A stretch of DNA of 64,000 nucleotides from a virus (lineage: Duplodnaviria; Caudoviricetes): IMG/VR virus record IMGVR_UViG_3300010163_000002, positions 64,001-128,000 of that record; one strand, written 5' to 3'. This document shows, one piece after another, positions 20,278-30,449 of this stretch (within the stretch, counting starts at the first letter, position 1; each line of letters starts with the position of its first letter). The notes under the pieces are model-generated. The model was not told where the DNA came from, did no database searches, and saw nothing but the letters and a program-made list of their open reading frames with translations. The translations under genes were made by a program, and so were the position numbers.

Positions 20278-20988
20278 TTATTTATCAAGTACTGTATCAT
20301 CTTTGATGATAGCTTTCATATGACCGTCCGGAGTAATGGCAAATACCTTTTCTCCATCCTCTACAGACACAGACGCCATAAAGTATCCCGGCAGTTCAAT
20401 ATCAACTACCTCCCCGTCAATAGCTTCGCGATCAAGAATCTGAGTAAGTGTATCGATTACGATAAGACACGCATCGAAGATGTATGATTCATGCTCAAAC
20501 TGTACTCCTCCTACATCATAACCAACCTTGTTAAAGGTATATGTGAATTCTCTTCCGCTGCACAGGAGTTTCTTTACTGTCTTGCTCTTCTCAAGCATCT
20601 CGATATCTTTCTGATCGAATGTCATTACATAACTCCAGTTACCCGGCTCGTCAGGATTATCTTTATTGTCATGATACTCTACAATAGCTCCGAACTTGAA
20701 ATTACCCGCTGTATCGATAAGGCACAGGGCTACAGCCTCATCGTTCTTAGCAACTTTAACACCGGAAAGGTATGCTGATACAGAAGCGAAGAATGACTTA
20801 GTAAGTCTCTCAGGACGATCGTCATCGCCGAATGTATATCCCAGGCTATTTCCGTTTACAACGAACGCCTGATGCATTTCTGTTTCTTCCAGAGTCTTTT
20901 CTGCCTTAGGTGTTTTAAATACTCCGGCTACAATAGCCTTCTGGTTCAACAGCCTTTTAAAATCTGTTTGGTTAAATAAATTTCTCAT
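20278..20988 (-). CDS. Hypothetical early protein
   Basis: 236 aa; own early promoter, GGAGG RBS and terminator (20224-20253); raised GC suggests high expression. Confidence 0.8.
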   Translation of the reverse strand: MRNLFNQTDFKRLLNQKAIVAGVFKTPKAEKTLEETEMHQAFVVNGNSLGYTFGDDDRPERLTKSFFASVSAYLSGVKVAKNDEAVALCLIDTAGNFKFGAIVEYHDNKDNPDEPGNWSYVMTFDQKDIEMLEKSKTVKKLLCSGREFTYTFNKVGYDVGGVQFEHESYIFDACLIVIDTLTQILDREAIDGEVVDIELPGYFMASVSVEDGEKVFAITPDGHMKAIIKDDTVLDK

Positions 20989-21051
20989 GATTTCTTACCT
21001 CCGTAATTTTTAATATAATTTATAAAGTGCATACTACACTCTTTACCAGAA

Positions 21052-21060
21052 TATAGTATA
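21052..21060 (-). promoter_or_regulatory. Putative early promoter TATACTATA
   Basis: Motif YATAYTATA recurs upstream of about 10 minus-strand units; similar to phiKZ early TATATTAC. Confidence 0.6.
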
Positions 21061-21083
21061 CATTTATATTTAAGTTTGTAGGT

Positions 21084-23366
21084 TTATAAAGTTATATTAT
21101 TATGCTCTATAAACTGCTGTTTAGTGAATATAGGAATTCCTAAAGTTTTTGCCCTTGTTGCTTTGGATGAAGTTGTATTCAAATCATTAACAATTAAAGC
21201 CGTTGTATCTTTTGTAATGCCATACGTATCACTAGCATCAAATCCATGTTCTACAAGAAGCCTAATATATTCAGAATCTCTGAAACCTGATAATACAACT
21301 CTAGGCCCCGTTGGGGCTGTCCCTTTGCTATTAATGATATGAATATTATTAATAATACATGCTAAATCTTCAGCATATAACAATAACCCGTCAGCTATAG
21401 TACTAGCTGTTTTGGGGCCAATTTTAGGAATATCTTTAAGCCTATCATAATTGTCAATGGATAATAATTCTTCCAATGTGTATACATTAAAAATCACTTT
21501 CCATGTTTCATCAGCTATACCATCAAACCCCATAGCAGACATAATTCTATAATCCATATAATCTTCAGTTTTTAACCTATTTATACAGTTCAGTAGATTA
21601 GCGCTGTTTAATGGGCCAAGAATATCAGTTTGCTCATTGGTAAGATTTATAAGCTGATTGAATGATTTTAGCTTAAGAGTCCTAACAGTTTCTTCTGCAA
21701 AATCCTTAAACCCAAGCCTATCAAGCATATCAACCATCTTCATAGTCAATCTTTCAGGGCAATGAGTATTTGGACATTTAGCAGATTTGCCAGATTCTGA
21801 TATTTCTATAGGAGCACCGCAAAACGGGCAATTTGTAATAAATTGCAACGGTTCATTCTTATTATCCCTATTGTGTTGGTTATCTGGTTTAGTAATATAT
21901 GTGATTACTTCATTCACATAGTCAATATTGATTTCATCACCAATAGCAAGATTTAATTCCTTAAATCTTTTAAAGGAATGAATAGTTTGTTTTGTATGGA
22001 TACCTCCAATAAATTCACATGGTTTAAAATGCACCATTGGAATTATAGTACCAGTTTTACCAACTGAATACGTGTAACCCAAGAATATAGTTCTAGCACT
22101 CTTTGGATTAAATTTTATAGCCATAGAATATTTATTAACAGAGTTTTCTCTACCAAGCATTTGCTTCTTATTTGAATCTGTAAATGATATTACTACACCA
22201 TCTATCATATATGGTAAAATCTTTCTAACCTCTTCTGCAGACTCTGTAAATTGTTTAACCTGATATAAGATAGACTGATAATCCCCATAAAATGTACAGA
22301 ATCTATTATACTCTCCAGAATTATAATACTTATTCAGAAAATTTAATTCTGTAATTCTTGGCATATCCAATGATGTAGCAAGAGGTATTAGAGTTATATA
22401 ATCAATAAATCTATTACCATCACTAGCTCCTAATATTCCTATAATAGCATTTCTTGCATTCTTGTATGATTTTTGTCTGATTTGTGATAGCATATCAAGA
22501 TTGTAATACGTTATAACAGCCTCAAATTTAATACCAAATTTAATATCCTTTGGCACATCTTTGGCATTATAAAATTTATACCCGCCAAATATAGGAGTCA
22601 AATCTGTAGCTACATTTTCTGCAGTATCTCCTCTGCTTAATGCAGATATTATTGTGTCTCCACATACTTCTGCTTCTACAGATACTCCATCGTATTTGAG
22701 TTCTCCAACCATCTCAAATTTTTCCCCGGGATATATAGCTTGTTTTTCAAGACATTTATGAATAAAATCTCTCTCAAATACATTTACAGATGGAGTATTA
22801 AACGCATCGGCCTTAATAGCATCATTATTTAATACAAATTTACACTTATCAAGAGTACCAACAAGCTCCGGATATTTGTGCTCTGTATTAATCAGTCTTT
22901 TTGTAATTGGCCCATTATCTATAAAACACATATTCTTAGGTCTTACATTTGATAACGGGGTATGCTGTGACCATATATCTCTAATATACATTTTTGAATC
23001 CATGTCATCTAGAGCAACGCACATAACCTTTTCATCAATAATTTCATTTTGAGGCCTCTCCTCAAATATTACAGGAGGGGCCCCTACTTGATAGTTTTTA
23101 TCATATTTCTGATAAATAACTATTAATCTATCATAAACTCCATCATCTAGAGGGTTAATTGAACAACTAGTATTGTTATAAGCAATATTGCTTATTCTTA
23201 ATATTAAATCAGCAATCATAATTTGGTTCTTTGACCAATTTGGGTTCTCTATTAATTCTAATGCAGTATAACTTATACTTGCGCTAACCTTATAGTCATC
23301 TATAACACTAAGGTCTCCTGATTTGAGAGCTTTCAATATCATCCTCAGGTTTTCTATTGCCATCAT
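21084..23366 (-). CDS. ligA: NAD-dependent DNA ligase
   Basis: Ia domain LDDGVYDRL, ELKYDG adenylation motif, SRGD, IDGVV, Zn finger CPFC..CPNTHC, HhH, BRCT; exact start uncertain. Confidence 0.92.
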   Translation of the reverse strand: MMAIENLRMILKALKSGDLSVIDDYKVSASISYTALELIENPNWSKNQIMIADLILRISNIAYNNTSCSINPLDDGVYDRLIVIYQKYDKNYQVGAPPVIFEERPQNEIIDEKVMCVALDDMDSKMYIRDIWSQHTPLSNVRPKNMCFIDNGPITKRLINTEHKYPELVGTLDKCKFVLNNDAIKADAFNTPSVNVFERDFIHKCLEKQAIYPGEKFEMVGELKYDGVSVEAEVCGDTIISALSRGDTAENVATDLTPIFGGYKFYNAKDVPKDIKFGIKFEAVITYYNLDMLSQIRQKSYKNARNAIIGILGASDGNRFIDYITLIPLATSLDMPRITELNFLNKYYNSGEYNRFCTFYGDYQSILYQVKQFTESAEEVRKILPYMIDGVVISFTDSNKKQMLGRENSVNKYSMAIKFNPKSARTIFLGYTYSVGKTGTIIPMVHFKPCEFIGGIHTKQTIHSFKRFKELNLAIGDEINIDYVNEVITYITKPDNQHNRDNKNEPLQFITNCPFCGAPIEISESGKSAKCPNTHCPERLTMKMVDMLDRLGFKDFAEETVRTLKLKSFNQLINLTNEQTDILGPLNSANLLNCINRLKTEDYMDYRIMSAMGFDGIADETWKVIFNVYTLEELLSIDNYDRLKDIPKIGPKTASTIADGLLLYAEDLACIINNIHIINSKGTAPTGPRVVLSGFRDSEYIRLLVEHGFDASDTYGITKDTTALIVNDLNTTSSKATRAKTLGIPIFTKQQFIEHNNITL

Positions 23367-25569
23367 TTTCATCATCACCAACCTTTTTACACATTACTTT
23401 AAGGCATAATGGATTCTTGCTTTGACGTTCTGTCATTGCTGCATTATACATCATGGGAAGCTCGTCAAATCTACCCATGATATCCCTTATATTAGTTTTT
23501 GGCGCAAATCTGCTGGGCGGTACTACTTTAGCCATAACATTTAATACCATCTGTTTGCGTTTCTTTGGAATCTTATTGAATACCAATTCAAGACCCATTG
23601 TCTCCATCAATGCATTGATTATTTCGGCATTTCTGTTCTTTGACTGATGATCAAGCCTAATATCAATATTGTATGGATCTCCTGTTAATAGCTGTTCTGT
23701 TAGTCTTCTTCCCAATGGAGATGAAGAATATAACATAAGAAGCATTACAACGTACTGTACGCCTAAATGCATCATATCGCCAGCTTCCATAAATCCGAAC
23801 ATAATCGGAGTCTTTGTAAACTTGGCCTCATACATCTTATTAGCTTTAGAACGAGTATTAAGATTCTTAAGATTGGTAGCTGAAAGTGATGTTACAGAAA
23901 ACTTCTCTTCCGCATACTGCTTCAATCTATAATGATAAATCTTGCCTGCAGACATTGGTCTACGGGTTTGTACCATTCTTACATTACCATTAGAATCAAC
24001 CATTGGTACCTTGACCTTATACTGTTTAATCCATGAGAACTTTCTGTATATATCGCTTAAGGTATCAATATTAATTGTTGTGGTAAATGGCTGAATACTT
24101 AATATAATACCATCATCTTCAAAAAGACTATCAATAAATACTTTAGCCTCAAATTCATCATCGAAATTAACGTTCTCTTTGAAGAAGTTTGCTTGGGCTG
24201 GATCGACCATGTTAACAAAGTCATACCACATATAGCATTTCTCTGTAGCACTTAATACTTCAAGTTTAAAATAATCAAGTATCCTCATACCAATAAACGA
24301 TAAAGATTGCTCATTTAACTGGCCAATATTTTCTCTGTTTATACATGTAGATTGATTCTTAACTACCTCAACTCTTTTGCCATTATCAAGCATTGGCATC
24401 ATTTCATCAGGAAGAATCTGTGATACAACACCTTTACCACCATATCTATCAGACATCTTATCACCAGCGCACATTGGTAGTGCCTGAACCGTTGTTACTT
24501 CCATAATAACATGGTTAAACTGTTTGCTATCGAAATAGCCTTTGCCAAGTATTGCATCTCTACAGGTTCCATAAAGCTTCTTAAGCTCATACGATAGCAT
24601 ATGGCTTTCTGTCATTGCAAGTGGGCCTACTATATCATTGACTTGCCTACAGAAATTCATATATTGATTATAATAGAACAAAAGCTGTTCATTATATCTT
24701 GACCCGGTAAGAGCTTCCGGATTATTTGTAAATACGTTTATATCCGCTACAATACCATCCATTGTGATATTTCTATCTGATAGCATTGTATCTCTCAAAT
24801 TAGATTGAGACATTGTGAATAGAATATTATCATTTTCTATTCTTCTTATTGCACAGAATACACCATCCTTTACTTCTTCTCCAATATTAGGAAAGGTTTT
24901 ATAAATGCCATTACTTCCATATAAATCAAGAAGAATATCATTATCATTTATACTGATAGAATTATTCTTGACTAATACAGTTTCAAGTTTCTTAGCTGCT
25001 GTTTCTGATATTATAACAGAGTCCTCCATATTTTGAGCGCATGATAAATATAATGTAAGAAGATTAACACCATTCATCTTATTAGTATATTCATCAAATC
25101 CAATGGACGTTTTAATGACATCTTTATTATGCAGAATATCTCCAACTTTAAGATTATCAAGTCTTTCATTATTCCACCAGAAACCATATGACTCTGTATT
25201 ATAGTTATATGAAACTCTTTCTATCACATCATACATTCCAGTGTCTACATCCTGAACTATTAGATAGTAATGTTTATTTGTAAAATCGAATTTATTAATC
25301 TTAAATAAGATTTTAAGATTTTTATCATTTTCCACATACGAATTAGATTTTCTGCCAAATTCCGTTTCGTATCCGGTTTGAATAATTGGTACCTCAGCAT
25401 TATTAAGTACCATGTGCTGTTCTGTATGGATAGAATACATCAATGCTCGCGAACCAGAGTTAGCTGGTTTAAATGGCTGCATTAGCGTTCTACCCAAAGC
25501 ATAATTATAATCTGGTAGATCTTTTGTATATTCATCTACTTGTTGCATTATGTTAAGATCGTTACCCAT
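23308..25569 (-). CDS. Non-virion RNA polymerase, beta C-terminal subunit
   Basis: SRALM, NMEDSVII, GDKMSDRYGGKGVVS, YRLKQ and FGFME beta motifs. Confidence 0.9.
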   Translation of the reverse strand: MGNDLNIMQQVDEYTKDLPDYNYALGRTLMQPFKPANSGSRALMYSIHTEQHMVLNNAEVPIIQTGYETEFGRKSNSYVENDKNLKILFKINKFDFTNKHYYLIVQDVDTGMYDVIERVSYNYNTESYGFWWNNERLDNLKVGDILHNKDVIKTSIGFDEYTNKMNGVNLLTLYLSCAQNMEDSVIISETAAKKLETVLVKNNSISINDNDILLDLYGSNGIYKTFPNIGEEVKDGVFCAIRRIENDNILFTMSQSNLRDTMLSDRNITMDGIVADINVFTNNPEALTGSRYNEQLLFYYNQYMNFCRQVNDIVGPLAMTESHMLSYELKKLYGTCRDAILGKGYFDSKQFNHVIMEVTTVQALPMCAGDKMSDRYGGKGVVSQILPDEMMPMLDNGKRVEVVKNQSTCINRENIGQLNEQSLSFIGMRILDYFKLEVLSATEKCYMWYDFVNMVDPAQANFFKENVNFDDEFEAKVFIDSLFEDDGIILSIQPFTTTINIDTLSDIYRKFSWIKQYKVKVPMVDSNGNVRMVQTRRPMSAGKIYHYRLKQYAEEKFSVTSLSATNLKNLNTRSKANKMYEAKFTKTPIMFGFMEAGDMMHLGVQYVVMLLMLYSSSPLGRRLTEQLLTGDPYNIDIRLDHQSKNRNAEIINALMETMGLELVFNKIPKKRKQMVLNVMAKVVPPSRFAPKTNIRDIMGRFDELPMMYNAAMTERQSKNPLCLKVMCKKVGDDENDGNRKPEDDIESSQIRRP

Positions 25570-25627
25570 CTTACTTTCCTCCTTAATATTTTTATTAAGA
25601 GATGGGTTTATATCCCCATCTCTTAAA

Positions 25628-25636
25628 TATAATATA
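25628..25636 (-). promoter_or_regulatory. Putative early promoter TATATTATA
   Basis: Upstream of RNAP beta-C. Confidence 0.55.
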
Positions 25637-25642
25637 TTATCA

Positions 25643-25855
25643 TTAGATTATTTTGCACATAGTCTTTTTTCTTTCATCGCATTTTCTTCGAATGAAATTA
25701 TTAACACTTTCTCTAGGAATTTTCCATACAGTGCCAATCTTAAATGCATCTATGTCTCCACTATTCAACAAATCATATGCTGTATTCTTTCCAATACCAA
25801 GCATATTGCAGAGCCCATCTATTTCAATAAGTGCAGGCTGCTCTTTAATTGTCAT
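25643..25855 (-). CDS. Excisionase-like (HTH_17/MerR-type) DNA-binding protein
   Basis: LCNMLGIGKNTAYDLLNSGDIDAFKIGTVWKIP. Confidence 0.85.
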   Translation of the reverse strand: MTIKEQPALIEIDGLCNMLGIGKNTAYDLLNSGDIDAFKIGTVWKIPRESVNNFIRRKCDERKKTMCKII

Positions 25856-25876
25856 TCAATAATTCACCCCTTATCT

Positions 25877-27106
25877 TTAGTTAAACGTATTAAGTTGCTG
25901 TAATATTGCTTGATATGGGGACGCCATACCATTCATCATATCTTTTTCCATTTTCTTTTTTGCTTCTCTAGCTAGCATATCTTCTGTGAGTGCCTTAAAA
26001 CACACAGAAACAAACTGATTGTAGAAATCAGGATTGTTATATAGAGTATGTTTAAATGATTTTTGTGAAAATTTAATATCGCTACCAGGCAATCTTAAAT
26101 ATGCTCCAGCCCCTTCAAGAATATTATTCTCCTTAAGATAATAGTACAAACTTAAGTCAGGATCATATCCAGTATTCTGATCAAATACCAACGTGGCTGC
26201 TTTACCGGCCTTGTTAGTTCTAGATTTCACGATCTCTACACTTACAATAGAACCATCTATTCCAAATGCCTCAGACTCTTTAAGTTTAGATTTTTCGTCT
26301 AATCTAAAAATATTATTCTGAAGATATGTAGAAGTAGTTTTTCCTCCAGGTAATGATTCATCCTGTTTAAGATAAGCCAAATCAGATTTACTTGGTAAGA
26401 AACTTCCTATGCCTTTCTTTGTAATATGGTTAATTACAAGCATAATAATATTTGCTTCTCTACAAAGCGGAACTAATCTAAGGAAAATATCAGAATTAAT
26501 TCTCGCTGTTGTAGCTCCATTCATATTACTTCCTTCATCATCTGTTAAGTTCTTTGGGAGGATTGCTTTAAGCGAATCCAATATGTATACTGTTGGTTCG
26601 AACTTAATAATTGGCTTTCCATACTCATCAATAATTCCAGTGTCATATGCATACTCTTCCGGATTATCGACTTTGATATCATGGATAAGTTTAATTCTGT
26701 TATATACGCTTTCTGTTGTAATACCGGCGTCTCTTAAGATGAATCTATTTTTAAATTCATCCTGAGAAAATCCTGATAACTGAATGGCTCTACTGAGCAA
26801 GAAACCAGATTCAGCATTATCCATATAAACGCACGATGTAGGAAATGGCCTAATAATATTTGCCGCCCACTGAGCGCAAATAGTAGATTTACCAGCGCCA
26901 GATCTAGCAATTACAGCATTAATAGATCCATCAACAATTCCAACTTCAAAATGTTTTTTACCGTTGATTTCAAGAATTGTTCCATTAAGAAAATCTATAT
27001 TTAAAAAACCGGTGCTATATGCTATTGAATGCTGCTGTTCATTTATCATTGATATATCTTTTGTTTTCTTTACTTGTTCTCTAAACGCCGCACTAAGTAA
27101 TGTCAT
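25877..27106 (-). CDS. uvsX: RecA/UvsX-like recombinase
   Basis: STGFLNID, Walker A ARSGAGKST, Walker B YILDSL, INH, PGG, VKSR. Confidence 0.85.
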   Translation of the reverse strand: MTLLSAAFREQVKKTKDISMINEQQHSIAYSTGFLNIDFLNGTILEINGKKHFEVGIVDGSINAVIARSGAGKSTICAQWAANIIRPFPTSCVYMDNAESGFLLSRAIQLSGFSQDEFKNRFILRDAGITTESVYNRIKLIHDIKVDNPEEYAYDTGIIDEYGKPIIKFEPTVYILDSLKAILPKNLTDDEGSNMNGATTARINSDIFLRLVPLCREANIIMLVINHITKKGIGSFLPSKSDLAYLKQDESLPGGKTTSTYLQNNIFRLDEKSKLKESEAFGIDGSIVSVEIVKSRTNKAGKAATLVFDQNTGYDPDLSLYYYLKENNILEGAGAYLRLPGSDIKFSQKSFKHTLYNNPDFYNQFVSVCFKALTEDMLAREAKKKMEKDMMNGMASPYQAILQQLNTFN

Positions 27107-27132
27107 AATCTATACCTCCATAAATAATTCAT

Positions 27133-27144
27133 TACAAGAATGTA
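27133..27144 (-). promoter_or_regulatory. Late-type promoter TACA-N6-TA upstream of the recombinase
   Basis: Minus strand taca-ttcttg-ta. Confidence 0.45.
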
Positions 27145-27205
27145 ACACGCGAAATAATTTATTACAATTTAATATGGGAATAAAAAATAAACAGCACAAT
27201 ATGAT

Positions 27206-27231
27206 TGCAGTAGGGATTTCTCCCTACTGCA
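27206..27231. terminator. Terminator of the GTAGGG-ATTTCT-CCCTAC family
   Basis: tgcagtagggatttctccctactgca. Confidence 0.8.
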
Positions 27232-27234
27232 TAA

Positions 27235-28158
27235 TTATGGCACATATATACCTTCATACGTTTTTAATGCATATACAGCATCATTAATTCTGCTGTAATC
27301 GTCTGACAACCGCTGCATTGAAAATCTTATTTTCTTTTGATTATTAACCATGTCATAACCAGATGCATAATTAAGAAGTGTAGATCTAATCATAGCAGAT
27401 GGTAAATCATTAAGTATGTCAAGAATAACAAGAGATAGAGTAGAGTCAACTTCCTCTATCTCAGGGGTCACCCATCCATTCTCATTATCATCATATTCCG
27501 GTATAACGTCGAACATAACATATTGGAATATTTTAACCCAGTCTGCCATAATATTATAAAGGGTTCTAAATATTTCCATAATCATATCATGTGACATTAG
27601 TACCTTAGGTTGATTTATAATAGCAAAATCAACTCTTCTAACACAAATATTTAAATCCAAATCAGAGTATCTTGCTATTAAAAGTGAGTTAGCAAAAGTC
27701 CCACTTAATCCAAGCCCTAACAATCTTGGAAGTTGCCCTCTATTGATTATAGAACTTATCTTAAGCATTCTATCAGATACCATCTTATCCCTGTTAGATG
27801 GATTTAATGTAATATACTGATAGCATATCATATTGATTTTAACAATATGATCTTTTTCAAATGTCGGTATTGAAACTATTACATCTATAAAAGCTTCAAG
27901 AAATCTTACATCTGTAAAACACTGTACATAAACATTTACATCCTGAGACCCAAAGAAAATATTGTTAAGAATAACATGAATATTATTCCTTATAAAAGAT
28001 CTCAATTCGTCATTTCCCATATTTGGAACATCATAAATGCTTTTAAGTAAAATATTATTATTGAATCTTGGCGAATTTGCCGGAACGACTTTCACCATTT
28101 CTCTCAAATGAGTTCTATCGTACTCAGCTTTCTCTGCCCAATATTTTTCAAAAGCCAT
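27235..28158 (-). CDS. Hypothetical all-helical protein next to tubulin
   Basis: 307 aa; own early promoter (28187-28195) and AAGGAGG RBS. Confidence 0.8.
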   Translation of the reverse strand: MAFEKYWAEKAEYDRTHLREMVKVVPANSPRFNNNILLKSIYDVPNMGNDELRSFIRNNIHVILNNIFFGSQDVNVYVQCFTDVRFLEAFIDVIVSIPTFEKDHIVKINMICYQYITLNPSNRDKMVSDRMLKISSIINRGQLPRLLGLGLSGTFANSLLIARYSDLDLNICVRRVDFAIINQPKVLMSHDMIMEIFRTLYNIMADWVKIFQYVMFDVIPEYDDNENGWVTPEIEEVDSTLSLVILDILNDLPSAMIRSTLLNYASGYDMVNNQKKIRFSMQRLSDDYSRINDAVYALKTYEGIYVP

Positions 28159-28265
28159 CTTACTTACCTCCTTTGTTTATTACATATATAATATGCAACT
28201 AAATGTAATTTAATGAAAAAATAAAACAGCGGGCAGTCTTTATAACTACCCGCCGTATATAAATA

Positions 28266-29450
28266 TTAATACTGGCCAATAATGCTATCAGATCCACGTT
28301 TTACATTGTTGATTTTGATAGCTCTGCTCTTTGGGAACTGTTTCTTAAAATCTGCGACTACATCATTTGGATTTCTCATCTGTCTAACACTAGATTCCTC
28401 AAGTTCATCATCCAGATCAATGTTCCCGAAGATATCAGCAAGCTTCTTTGAATCTTTGTTGAGCTTCTCTTTAAGTGAAGCATACTTTTTGCCAATATTC
28501 AGAATTCCCTCTTCAGGGAACGGCAAGCCAGCTATAATGATATCAATGTACTCGTTATCTTCAGAATCATCGTTCTGAACATGACGATATACTTCAAGAG
28601 GTTCGCCAGTATACCTTTTTACTACAGTCAGCTCATTATCAACAACTGACTGCGTCTTTGGATTAGCGTTAACAATGACAGCTATTCTCTTGCAGCCAGC
28701 ATTATCATATTCGAACCCTTTCATCTCTTCAAAAGATTCCATAGTGGCTTTATTAGTGAGATCGTAATTCTTAGCCCCGCTAATATCTACATGTCTGATA
28801 TCCATATAACCAGGCGTAGTCACGACTTTATAATGGTCCGTATCATCAATATTCTGAGATGACGGAACCATTTTACTACCAATAAGGATTTCTACCTGAG
28901 ATGCAAACTCCTCATTAGCTTTCTGTTCTGCAACAGCATAATTCTTGGTATAATCCAAGAATTTTTGATTTTCGATTGTGTGGAGGATAACACCGTCAGG
29001 CAATTCTCTAAAGAACTTAAGAGAATTATTAAGCCCTCTAGTGTCTTCTCCAAACCCAATCAAAGCGAATACATGTACCGGCATATTCAATGCAGTAAAG
29101 TACTTGGCTACGATTGGAGTAGCGCCGCAACCTGTACCACCTTCGATGGACGTTACAAGAATCACCGCTTTTGTTGACGGATCAATCATGCTAGCAAGAT
29201 CAATCTCTTCATTAACAATTGCTTTATACATGGCATCGCATCCCTTATTAGGCTCTTTCCCGCAACCCCCTAACATTGCGGAGAATTTAATGGCAAGATC
29301 GCTCTTGCCCTCTTTATAAGCATCAGGGATATCCTTCAGAGTCGTATTAAGGAGTCTCACTCTACCCTCAGGCATAATTCTTCTTTGAAGAACCTCAATA
29401 GCAGCCTTATTACCAGCAGCCCCGATCCCGAACAAAAACATTTCCATCAT
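28266..29450 (-). CDS. phuZ: Tubulin/FtsZ-family GTPase (PhuZ/TubZ-like)
   Basis: GIGAAGN, GGCGK, tubulin signature EGGTGCG, T7 loop NIDDTD. Confidence 0.9.
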   Translation of the reverse strand: MMEMFLFGIGAAGNKAAIEVLQRRIMPEGRVRLLNTTLKDIPDAYKEGKSDLAIKFSAMLGGCGKEPNKGCDAMYKAIVNEEIDLASMIDPSTKAVILVTSIEGGTGCGATPIVAKYFTALNMPVHVFALIGFGEDTRGLNNSLKFFRELPDGVILHTIENQKFLDYTKNYAVAEQKANEEFASQVEILIGSKMVPSSQNIDDTDHYKVVTTPGYMDIRHVDISGAKNYDLTNKATMESFEEMKGFEYDNAGCKRIAVIVNANPKTQSVVDNELTVVKRYTGEPLEVYRHVQNDDSEDNEYIDIIIAGLPFPEEGILNIGKKYASLKEKLNKDSKKLADIFGNIDLDDELEESSVRQMRNPNDVVADFKKQFPKSRAIKINNVKRGSDSIIGQY

Positions 29451-29464
29451 AGTATTATCCTCCT

Positions 29465-30145
29465 CTATTCTATGATTATTTTATAGGCTTTATCCATCAT
29501 ACTAGTAATGGTTTCAGCCCATTTACTGAGATCTGTATTTTTATTAGATTCTACAATCTCAGATATAGAATGATAGCCATTTGAATAATAGCCATCATAA
29601 AAACAGTTAGCTATTGATTCTACATCAGCAGCAAACTGTTTATTAACATCCGTATTGTCAGACGTAAGAACTACATCATTTCTGTTGTAGCCCCACCCAT
29701 ACCTCAATGCTGTTGCCATAAGTATGAAGATAGGATCTAATCCATTAGAATTAGACGCCTGACAGAAAACACCCCCTTTCCCATTGAAGATGCTTTCATT
29801 ATTTTCGCAGTGGGATAAATAGTAGTCGATGATTTTATTCATATCATCTTCCGTAATATCCATCCTATTTAATAAATCCATATCAGAATTAAATTCTCCA
29901 TTATACGGAGATGCATCTGACACTTTCTTTGCAACGCCTACCACATTGTATGTAGTGAACATTGCTGGCTCGAAAGTTGGTTCTGTTTCTGTAGCCGCGT
30001 GTACCTCTGGAGACACAGCTTCCACAGGCGTCGCCGAGGTTAAACAGCACTTTAGTGTTGTAATGCCCATAATGACTGACGCTATGATAATAGCGCAATC
30101 CATCATATCAAATCTTTCAAATAGTTTCTTAAATCCCTTATTCAT
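29465..30145 (-). CDS. Membrane-anchored glucosaminidase/lysozyme-like protein, probably inactive
   Basis: N-terminal hydrophobic segment; FCQASNSNGLDPIFILMATALRYGWG resembles GH73 motif ...LESGWG with Glu replaced. Confidence 0.55.
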   Translation of the reverse strand: MNKGFKKLFERFDMMDCAIIIASVIMGITTLKCCLTSATPVEAVSPEVHAATETEPTFEPAMFTTYNVVGVAKKVSDASPYNGEFNSDMDLLNRMDITEDDMNKIIDYYLSHCENNESIFNGKGGVFCQASNSNGLDPIFILMATALRYGWGYNRNDVVLTSDNTDVNKQFAADVESIANCFYDGYYSNGYHSISEIVESNKNTDLSKWAETITSMMDKAYKIIIE

Positions 30146-30190
30146 TAGTACTCCCTTCTCTCGCTCCCCAGCGAGGATCATAGACGTTTT

Positions 30191-30218
30191 TACCCATGTG
30201 CAATTAAGCACATGGGTA
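30191..30218. terminator. Hairpin terminator
   Basis: tacccatgtgc-aattaa-gcacatgggta. Confidence 0.75.
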
Positions 30219-30230
30219 TTTTAGTGTTTT

Positions 30231-30353
30231 TTATTCTTTATCTTTGTTTTCGTCATCCTGACGATTAACCTTCTGGTTATCTTCCTCGGACAACATTACA
30301 GGGACCATATATTCTCCCTGTTCTCTGATAATCCCATACTCTTTATCAGTCAT
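30231..30353 (-). CDS. 40-aa acidic microprotein (not in ORF track)
   Basis: AAGGAGGTGA RBS, MTDKEYGIIREQGEYMVPVMLSEEDNQKVNRQDDENKDKE*; promoter motifs upstream, hairpin downstream. Confidence 0.65.
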   Translation of the reverse strand: MTDKEYGIIREQGEYMVPVMLSEEDNQKVNRQDDENKDKE

Positions 30354-30449
30354 AATATCACCTCCTTAATGTTTTTTATTATAATAATGTATTAGGGATC
30401 ATCTTTACCTAAATATAGTATACAATTTATAAATTAGATTATGACAATA

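Noticed and set aside
27235-28158. Chimallin (nuclear shell) candidate next to tubulin
   Set aside because: Only 307 aa and apparently all-helical; no recognisable ChmA features
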